Shown: piece after piece, positions 57,241 through 64,000 of the stretch | How positions within the stretch are numbered: position 1 is the stretch's first letter | How the letters are laid out: each line of letters opens with the position of its first letter | NCBI GenBank assembly: GCA_015068765.1 | Contig: SVJY01000003.1 | Location: 1,416-65,415 of the forward strand | Source of the DNA: Oscillospiraceae bacterium | GTDB lineage: Bacteria; Bacillota; Clostridia; UMGS1883; UMGS1540 | DNA length: 64,000 nt | Direction: 5' to 3' | Translations under genes and position numbers: made by a program | The notes under the pieces: model-generated | Databases searched by the model: none | What the model was told of the DNA's origin: nothing | The model's input: only the letters and a program-made list of their open reading frames with translations

Positions 57241-57590
57241 CACAAACAAAAAAGCCGCACAAACCCGATCGGCGCATAGAGGTCGCGACCCACGGCTCGA
57301 AGGTAGACTCTCGAATGCGTACCTCATCAAGAGGTCCCGGCGGACTTTCCGGGGCCCCGAAAGTCGAAAGACTTTAAGGGGAAAAGGAGCAACGGAATGA
57401 CCGTGGCGTGTTTGCGACAGCAAACCGTTCTAAGCGACAGTTGCGACGCTGTCGAGTGGGAAGTGGGGAAAGGCGAAGCCGACAAGCGGACTGCGCCCAC
57501 GGGGGTGCGGGGTGTAGTGCGACACCCCGCGAAACCATAATAACGATTTGTCGGAAACCGCCAGCTCCCTTTACACAAGGGAGCCTTTTT
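57241..57590 (+). ncRNA. GC-rich structured non-coding tract (unclassified), ending in a terminator; its last 70 nt before the tail are direct-repeat copy 2
   Basis: No credible ORF. Many local hairpins: aagtc-GAAA-gactt, gtttgc-gaca-gcaaac, cgacag-ttgcgacg-ctgtcg, gcggggtgt-agtgcg-acaccccgc. GC is visibly above the flanks. Terminator gctccctt-tacac-aagggagc plus T5 at 57564-57590. Confidence 0.35.
57461..57530 (+). repeat. 70-bp direct repeat, copy 2
   Basis: Identical to 56480-56549. Confidence 0.95.
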
Positions 57591-58000
57591 GCAGTCCGGA
57601 CATTTTTACATCCTCCGCCTCGACTATCTCAGGCAAGCCACCTTCCGGATCTTCCTTCGAGCTGTGGGTAGCTTCCTCAATGTGCCGGTGGGGTCTGTGC
57701 GGAAATTTTGTCAAAGAAAAACGCCCTCATATAAAGCAGATTTATGTGAGGGCAGCATATCAGCATAATAATAGTTATCAGAATTATTTGTTAGAGCAGA
57801 AAATAAAATAAATTCAATTTAGAATACACATGCAAGATAAATTGTTTGTGTATTCTTTTTTGTATGACGAAAGAGTATCATACAAATAAAATTACAAAAC
57901 CCCTGTTCAATATAGAATCGAACAAGGGTTTGCATAACTCGTGGTTTTTAGTGCCTGCTTTTACTTGGCACGTTCAGCTAAAAGGGGATTTCTTTGTGGA

Positions 58001-58450
58001 TTATTTCGCAGCCTTATGCAATTTAATGCCGTAGTAAATATACGAAGCAACAAGATAAACCGCCAGGCAGATATAAATGAAGTTAAACCGCATGGCAGTG
58101 GTGGCATAGCTCTTGCCGAACAGCTTCAGAATCCAGCCAATCACTGTGCCCCGGAGAATTTCCTGCATGAAAAGGGAGCCAACGGCACAGTAGGGAATCA
58201 CGAAGAGATATTTTCTGTCCTTTTTCACAAAGAAGAGAATTACAAACAGGGCAACCCCTGCAACGCCTGCCCACTGTAGAATCTGAATGAGCGTACGGGT
58301 CTGGGATGCATAAATGGATACGAACCAGTTATATAAGAATAGCATCAGCATGGCCGAGACCAGTGCGATGGCAGTGGCAAGCACGACCTTATTATCAATC
58401 CGCTCCCGTTCTTCTTTGGAAATTTTTGTTTTCGGTTTTTGCTGTTTCAT
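58001..58450 (-). CDS. Hypothetical 4-TM membrane protein
   Basis: Strong RBS aggagg 7 nt upstream. Lys-rich N-terminus followed by four hydrophobic helices. A terminator-like hairpin lies downstream at about 57900-57935. Confidence 0.7.
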   Translation of the reverse strand: MKQQKPKTKISKEERERIDNKVVLATAIALVSAMLMLFLYNWFVSIYASQTRTLIQILQWAGVAGVALFVILFFVKKDRKYLFVIPYCAVGSLFMQEILRGTVIGWILKLFGKSYATTAMRFNFIYICLAVYLVASYIYYGIKLHKAAK

Positions 58451-58625
58451 AGTAGACCTCCTAAAATATTATACAAACAGTATTATACAATTTTTTCCGC
58501 ACAAAGTCAATTATTTTTAGAAAATTTATTCGTTTTTTGTGCCGGAATACGTTGCACAAAAAATGCAGGGTGACGGTGCACAAAAGATGCAATGGTGGGA
58601 TGGGGCGAAAAGGTGTATCCTGTAT

Positions 58626-60302
58626 ATGTCGATCGACGAGAAAAAGAAGAGAGGTGAGAAGGTGAAGAACAGAAGAAAGCTGCGTGAGAATCTGATGGGG
58701 GAAGAGGAGCGAGCCTTAGCGGAGCGATACCGGCGTTATTATCTGGACGCGTGGCAGGACAAGGCAAGACGAGGCCTGCCGGAGCGGTTTGCATTATATG
58801 ACGCATACTGGGAGGGGGACGTCAACCTTCCGGAGACGGAAAATGACCCGGGAAGCAGTACAAACATCGTGCACGCCAATGTGGAGGGGCAGGTGTCACT
58901 GCTACTGGAGCAGAGCATCGGTATCCTTCCTGTCCCGGTCACACCGGAGGATGCACCCTTCGCCCAGAGCGTGCAGAAGGTTCTGGAATTCGTCAAGGAC
59001 AAAAACCGGCTGACCCGAAAGCTGGACCTGCACGAGCGACGGCGTGAAAAATACGGCACGGGTATTTTCCGTGTCTCCTTCAGTCCCGATGCATTAGGCG
59101 GGGCAGGGCTACCGGTGATTGAGGCCTGTAACCCCAAGGACATTTTCATTGATCCGGGAATCTGTGACGTGTATCGGACAGAGGAAGCGGCGTTTATTAT
59201 TGAAACGGTTTGCAAAACGGTGCACTGGGCACGACAGCAGTACGGCGATACGGTGGCGGATGCCATTGTTCCCGGCTACCGCCCTCAATACGAAGGGGAC
59301 AGCGCAGGAGACGATACATACCTGCATATGCTGGTGTGGACAAAGGAAGAAGGGAAGCTTCGTCTGGTCGAGATGACCGGATGCGGGCTGATTCTCTCCG
59401 ACAGCTTCCGGACGGGACAGGAGAATTTCTATCCCGGCGGAAGATATCCTTACTTTTTTACGCCGCTGTATTACAGAGAAGGCTCAGTCTGGGGTAAGGG
59501 CGATGTGGAGCTGCTGATTCCGGTACAGGATTTGATCAATGACCTGGACGACCAGATTCGCATTAATGCAAGATTGACCGGCAATCCCCAGCGTCTGATT
59601 GAAACAGGCAGTGGCATCGACCTGGATGCTATGACAAACGAGGCGGGTCTGAATATTCCCACCACCAGCGTTTCGGCGGTGCGAAACTTAGAGGCACCGC
59701 CCCTACCGTCCTATATTCTGCAAAGACGGGATACGGCCATGCGGTACGAAAGCCAGAGAATCACCCGTTTTTCCGACCAGATGACCGGGGCGAAGCAGGC
59801 CGGCGTGCAAACGGCGGCAGAAGCGGCTGTGCTCCACCAAAGCGGACAGATGTCCATTCAGCACAAAAAGCTGCTGCTACAGGAAACGCTTTCGGAGGTG
59901 TTCGCCTACTGTCTGGAAATGATACGGGCGTACTGGACCGAGGAGGTGGCAATCCGGCTGACGGATAAGCCAAGCGAGTTTGTCTTTTTCCGGGGGAGCG
60001 ATTTGCAAAACATCCCGGCAAGGGACGGGAAACGGAAGGATGCGGCATTCGACCTTATTGTAACGGTGGGTGCAGGCCTTCCCACAAACAAAACAGCCGC
60101 TTATCAGATGATGAGTGATCTGCACAGCCGCGGTCTGGTGACAGCCGAAGAGGTACGGGCATTTTTGACGGAGTACCTGGGCTTCCCCTTAAAGGACGGC
60201 ACAGCTTCGGCTGCACCGGCGACAGACGAAAGGCAGAAAAACGTGGAGAATGCCGACGTGGAAGGGCTGACGGAACAAGGAAATGTGAAACGCACAGAAT
60301 GA
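58626..60302 (+). CDS. Phage portal protein (start uncertain)
   Basis: About 558 aa. Its size, its position upstream of the scaffold and capsid genes, and its overall acidic/helical pattern suggest a portal. Alternative starts are GTG about 58663 and ATG about 58694. Not verified by search. Confidence 0.6.
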   Translation: MSIDEKKKRGEKVKNRRKLRENLMGEEERALAERYRRYYLDAWQDKARRGLPERFALYDAYWEGDVNLPETENDPGSSTNIVHANVEGQVSLLLEQSIGILPVPVTPEDAPFAQSVQKVLEFVKDKNRLTRKLDLHERRREKYGTGIFRVSFSPDALGGAGLPVIEACNPKDIFIDPGICDVYRTEEAAFIIETVCKTVHWARQQYGDTVADAIVPGYRPQYEGDSAGDDTYLHMLVWTKEEGKLRLVEMTGCGLILSDSFRTGQENFYPGGRYPYFFTPLYYREGSVWGKGDVELLIPVQDLINDLDDQIRINARLTGNPQRLIETGSGIDLDAMTNEAGLNIPTTSVSAVRNLEAPPLPSYILQRRDTAMRYESQRITRFSDQMTGAKQAGVQTAAEAAVLHQSGQMSIQHKKLLLQETLSEVFAYCLEMIRAYWTEEVAIRLTDKPSEFVFFRGSDLQNIPARDGKRKDAAFDLIVTVGAGLPTNKTAAYQMMSDLHSRGLVTAEEVRAFLTEYLGFPLKDGTASAAPATDERQKNVENADVEGLTEQGNVKRTE

Positions 60303-60317
60303 GAAAGGAGAGGCCGT

Positions 60318-60551
60318 ATGCAGATTTATTTACCGCAGGCCGTTGCAAGGCGAATGCGAAAGCACGCATACCTGCAAAGCATTGATATTGAAAAACTGAA
60401 GGATAACCCGGTTTGCCCACGCTGTGAGCGTGCCGCACTCCGGGACAAGGGCTGGGCGGAGGAAAAAATCGGCCATTGCCCCTACTGCGGACACAGAGGC
60501 CCTATGCCGGTAACGGTGGGCGAATATGCGGCAAAGGAATTATATAAGTAA
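60318..60551 (+). CDS. Small zinc-ribbon protein (phage, hypothetical)
   Basis: 77 aa with CPRC...CPYC. Confidence 0.6.
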   Translation: MQIYLPQAVARRMRKHAYLQSIDIEKLKDNPVCPRCERAALRDKGWAEEKIGHCPYCGHRGPMPVTVGEYAAKELYK

Positions 60552-60564
60552 AAGGAGGAAAACC

Positions 60565-61305
60565 ATGGCAAAATCAAAGAAGCGTCCGATGCCCGGGGAC
60601 GTAAAAAAGCATAAGGGTATAACACCGGCATCCATGATCGCCCAAAACGACAGGGTGGAAGCGATGCTACTGGAAGAGGAGCAGCAGGAAGAATTGCAGG
60701 AAATGCCGGCGGAAGAGACGGCAGAGAAGGCAGTCGAAACAGAAGACCGGAAGGAAACGGATGCAGAAAAGGAAGAGATGTACACACTTCTTCGCAGGCT
60801 CATGGATGACATGGGTGCAACAAGCCTTTCGGCACTTTCCCGCATGATTGACGAGGCAGAAATGCAGAAGCTGGTACGCTCCTACGGGTTTGACGAACAG
60901 AGTGCCAAGATGTTTTTGGCACAGCAGGAAAAGGTACGTGCACTTCGGGAAGCGGAGGCAAAGGCGGCGAGAGAGGCCATATATGCCGAAATGAAGGGCG
61001 ATCCCCTTTATGACGATGTGGACGGACACAAAACGGCAATGGAAGCCTTTATTTTCCGTACCGGCGTCTCGCCCAGAGAGGCATACAATGCCCTGTTTGG
61101 GGAAGCACGCTTCCACCGTCTTAGAAAGGACATGGAAGCGGAAAAGACAGCGGCGGAGAAGAAGGCGAAGAGCATTCCGGCACTCTCCGGCGGCGATGCA
61201 CCGGACAAGCAGGGACAGATAAAGCTGTCCGAAGCAGAACGGTGGGCGGCAAAGCGTGCCGGCATCACACCGGAAGAATATATAAAATATAAATACGCAT
61301 ATTAA
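60565..61305 (+). CDS. Phage scaffolding-like protein
   Basis: ATG 60565 follows aaaggagg. Highly charged, Glu/Lys/Ala-rich and predicted helical. It sits between the portal and capsid genes. Confidence 0.6.
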   Translation: MAKSKKRPMPGDVKKHKGITPASMIAQNDRVEAMLLEEEQQEELQEMPAEETAEKAVETEDRKETDAEKEEMYTLLRRLMDDMGATSLSALSRMIDEAEMQKLVRSYGFDEQSAKMFLAQQEKVRALREAEAKAAREAIYAEMKGDPLYDDVDGHKTAMEAFIFRTGVSPREAYNALFGEARFHRLRKDMEAEKTAAEKKAKSIPALSGGDAPDKQGQIKLSEAERWAAKRAGITPEEYIKYKYAY

Positions 61306-61343
61306 TGCGAAATTCATTTTAATTTTGAAAGGATGAGTATACT

Positions 61344-62264
61344 ATGGCAACAAAACTGGAAAGAAGTAATTTTGCAGAGCTGTTAACACCGGTTCACAGA
61401 AAGGTGTTTTTCGACAGCTACAACAAGAAAAAGAAGCAGTACACAGAAATCTTTAAGGTGGACGAAATGCACGCCAAGGAAGAAACCTTCCCCCATCTCG
61501 GTGCATTTGGCAAGTGGGCGGAAAATGCGGAAGGCAATGACTTTAACCAGGCAGATATTTTGCAGGGTGAGGTTGCGACCTTTACGGCACGCCGCTTTGA
61601 CAAGGCATACGAGGTAACCTGGGAGCTGGTGCAGGACGATCTTTATAACGTGATGCGTGGTCTCGGCAGAGGCGGCAGTGCCTCCAAGCTGGGCGGCGGT
61701 CTTCAGGCAACAGAGGAATCCCAGGCGGCGGATGTGGTGCTGAAGGGCTTTTCCGAAAACGGCTACGACGGCGTACCGCTGTTCTCGGCAAATCATCCGC
61801 TGGTAAACAGCACGGAAACCTGCTCCAACCTGGTAACGGGTGCCCTTTCCGACGAAACGCTCAAGGAAGCACTGACCAAGATGCGTCTCCAAAAGGACGA
61901 GGCAGGCGTTTTGGTGGCCGCACATGCAAACCGGCTGGTTGTACATCCCGACTGGGAATTTACCGCCCGTGCACTGATCGGCTCCACCTTACAGGCAGGC
62001 ACAAGCAACAACGACAAGAATACGGTGCCGCATCTGGATATCACCGTATGGGATTATCTTTACGACGGCGATGATGGGGCAAAGCCCTGGTTTGTGCAGG
62101 ACGGCAGCATGGACAACCTGATGTTTTTATGGCGTGAAAAGCCGGTCTTTGACAGCGAAAAGATTGAAAACAAAATGGATTACCGTTTCTACGGGTACTG
62201 CCGCTTTGATACCGGGTATGTGGATTGGCGTGGCCTTGTCGGCTCCAACGGTATCGCAGAATAA
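61344..62264 (+). CDS. Phage major capsid protein
   Basis: 306 aa immediately after the scaffold-like gene. Typical size and position. Fold family not determinable by eye. Confidence 0.65.
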   Translation: MATKLERSNFAELLTPVHRKVFFDSYNKKKKQYTEIFKVDEMHAKEETFPHLGAFGKWAENAEGNDFNQADILQGEVATFTARRFDKAYEVTWELVQDDLYNVMRGLGRGGSASKLGGGLQATEESQAADVVLKGFSENGYDGVPLFSANHPLVNSTETCSNLVTGALSDETLKEALTKMRLQKDEAGVLVAAHANRLVVHPDWEFTARALIGSTLQAGTSNNDKNTVPHLDITVWDYLYDGDDGAKPWFVQDGSMDNLMFLWREKPVFDSEKIENKMDYRFYGYCRFDTGYVDWRGLVGSNGIAE

Positions 62265-62287
62265 GAATAAAGAAAGGAAGTGGATTT

Positions 62288-63994
62288 ATGCGTGTATCGG
62301 AAATACTGACAGAGGGTGTGGAGCAGTTTTTGGAGCTGGCACCCGCCGTCGAAAGTCATCTGGCGGATACGGATAATCCCCATGGGGTGACAAAAGAGGA
62401 CGTAGGGCTTGGAAACGTAACAAACGACCTACAGGCAAAAGATGCCGACTTCCGCTCCCATAAAAATGCTGCAGAGCTGGACCATGCCGATGGCAGTGTC
62501 AAAGCTGCAAAGCTTGCCGACGGTGCGGTGCAGACTAAAAAAATAGCCGACAGTGCCGTAACGGCAGAAAAGCTGGCTGAGGGTGCCGTCACATCGACGG
62601 CACTTGCCGGCGGTGCGGTAACAGCAGAGAAAATCGAAAATGGTGCCGTCGGTACAGTCGCCATCAAAAGCGGGAGCGTTATCGAAAGCACGTTGCACCC
62701 CTCGCTTCGCAGCAGCATTCAAAACAAGGTGGACAAGGTGGAGGGGATGGGACTTTCCCAGAACAACTTCTCCGATGAACAAAAGGAAAAGCTGGATGCC
62801 ATTACCGTGGTGGATGGCAGCGGTGTGGAGGTAGACATGAACCGGCTGGTGGAGAGGAATAAACCTTTCACCTTTTGCAAGACAGGCATGACGTATGTGG
62901 ACAAGGGCGAAACAACCTTATGCACCGACATTGCAGAGCTTTATTCCGTGGAATCGGATCTTCCGCGAGGACAGCTCTGGGTTGCCTACAAAAGCACCTC
63001 CGGCATTTATAAGGTGTTTGTACGTGGCGAAAGCACCTACTCCTCTGCGAACTATGTGGGAAGAGAAAAAACCGAGTGTTACGGGTATGCGTCACCCTAC
63101 GTATACTTCCCGGAGGCGGAGGACACGGCACTGAAAATTTACAGAGTGTCGAAAGGCACCCCTACGCCGGACCTATGGATGTCAGCCACGCTGTCTTTCT
63201 CGAAAACCGGCGGCTGGATTCAGCATATATTTGTGGACACGCAAGGCGTGACCCTCCTCTATTACGGAGACCTAAGCGGTACAAGTGCCAAGATGTATCT
63301 GGAACGGTTTGACACAAACGGCAACAGCAAGTGGTGCCGAATTTTCACCATAATCGGCAAGCAAAGCTCCTACATAAACAATACGACAAATGACACGTTA
63401 TTCAATAGGATATACCGTAAGGCGGTTATAGGGGCGGACGGGAAGCTGTATGTGGCACCCGTAATGGCATCGAGCTCAAAGCTGAGCACAGAATCATCCG
63501 CTACCAGCTTAAATTGCAGCATTGCACGCATCAATTCAAGCGGGCAAATCGACAAAAAATATTACCCGTACACCAGTGCGGGGGATATCTTTGTGAGCCA
63601 GGACATCGCACTTATGGGGGAATATCTTTATGCGTTTAACCGTTCCAGAATCTGGCGCTACGCACTGGAGGGAGACGGCGTAGGTGCTTCGCAGTGGTAT
63701 TTTGACAACACGAACTACCTCTTGCGTGGAATGACACCGAATTATGACGGACAGGTGCATCTGATGACGAAGACAACGGACGGCTCCAATGTGCTCATTA
63801 TGACCAGGGCAAACATAGACAGAACGGTGGACACCTCCTACGGCACAGGCGTTTTAATTAAAGAGATCCAGCCGGAGAAATATGATATTGCCCGGTATAC
63901 AATCCGTGGCTTTGAGGCGCTTAGGATGCCGGAGGGAACCACCACGATAACCAGCCGGCTGTTTATACCGTCCGACATCTACGAAGCTATATAG
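62288..63994 (+). CDS. Phage fibre / receptor-binding protein
   Basis: ATG 62288 follows aaaggaag. The N-terminal NPHGVTKEDVGLGNVTN motif is common in phage fibre proteins. Seven 10-residue repeats (DGAVxxxKLA) follow, then a large C-terminal beta-rich domain. Confidence 0.65.
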   Translation: MRVSEILTEGVEQFLELAPAVESHLADTDNPHGVTKEDVGLGNVTNDLQAKDADFRSHKNAAELDHADGSVKAAKLADGAVQTKKIADSAVTAEKLAEGAVTSTALAGGAVTAEKIENGAVGTVAIKSGSVIESTLHPSLRSSIQNKVDKVEGMGLSQNNFSDEQKEKLDAITVVDGSGVEVDMNRLVERNKPFTFCKTGMTYVDKGETTLCTDIAELYSVESDLPRGQLWVAYKSTSGIYKVFVRGESTYSSANYVGREKTECYGYASPYVYFPEAEDTALKIYRVSKGTPTPDLWMSATLSFSKTGGWIQHIFVDTQGVTLLYYGDLSGTSAKMYLERFDTNGNSKWCRIFTIIGKQSSYINNTTNDTLFNRIYRKAVIGADGKLYVAPVMASSSKLSTESSATSLNCSIARINSSGQIDKKYYPYTSAGDIFVSQDIALMGEYLYAFNRSRIWRYALEGDGVGASQWYFDNTNYLLRGMTPNYDGQVHLMTKTTDGSNVLIMTRANIDRTVDTSYGTGVLIKEIQPEKYDIARYTIRGFEALRMPEGTTTITSRLFIPSDIYEAI

Positions 63995-64000
63995 GAGGCA

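Noticed and set aside
57241-57530. Possible RNase P RNA, tmRNA, SRP RNA, 6S RNA or group II intron fragment
   Set aside because: The minus strand contains GGAAAGTCCG, reminiscent of RNase P CR-I. However, it lies near the 3' end of the GC-rich tract, and the other conserved RNase P blocks are absent. There is no tRNA-like 3' end or tag ORF for tmRNA. There is no GGUCCGGAAGGAAGCAGCC-type SRP motif. There is no 34-nt domain V with a GNRA loop, nor a GUGYG/AY boundary with an RT ORF. Left unclassified rather than named.
56480-57530. Diversity-generating retroelement TR/VR pair
   Set aside because: The two 70-mers are 100% identical, with no adenine-specific differences. Both are non-coding, and no reverse transcriptase ORF is nearby.

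Overview
This window is the chromosomal replication-origin region of a Firmicutes/Clostridia-type genome. By eye the GC content is about 50-58%; I did not compute it. The left 7.5 kb holds the conserved minus-strand block gyrA(partial)-gyrB-remB-recF-yaaA-dnaN-dnaA. A bipartite oriC flanks dnaA, with five DnaA boxes upstream and an AT-rich spacer plus boxes downstream. Next come two perfect parS palindromes, soj/spo0J and serS. The rest is mostly housekeeping and carbohydrate genes: CapA-like, tRNA-Glu and tRNA-CAU, 2-hydroxyacid dehydrogenase, GH127-like, an EamA transporter, two SLH/S-layer proteins, GH4, a DegT/Gfo-Idh-MocA/class-I-xylose-isomerase-like/PIG-L cluster with a LacI regulator, rnc-acpP, polA, coaE, trmO, and a LarA-like/SDR pair. 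A visibly lower-GC fucI-fucU-araC island lies next to tRNA-Ala. The right end (58.6-64 kb) is a phage head and fibre module (portal, scaffold, capsid, fibre) that continues beyond the window. Five non-obvious signals stand out. (1) A compact type-I toxin-antitoxin-like locus at 30.72-31.02 kb: a 22-codon hydrophobic ORF, a convergent consensus-promoter antisense RNA, and a shared bidirectional terminator. (2) A perfect 70-bp direct repeat brackets a ~0.9-kb module between the S-layer gene and the phage genes; the module holds a promoter, a 134-nt rod hairpin, a terminator, an AbrB-type Zn-ribbon gene and a GC-rich structured non-coding tract. (3) A REP/MITE-like repeat family (GGGGATGTAAAAA ends) recurs at gene 3' ends and supplies the last codons of at least one gene. 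(4) A separate 268-bp inverted-repeat element. (5) An in-frame TAG splits fucU. All functional calls come from reading the translations and motifs by eye. No database search was run.
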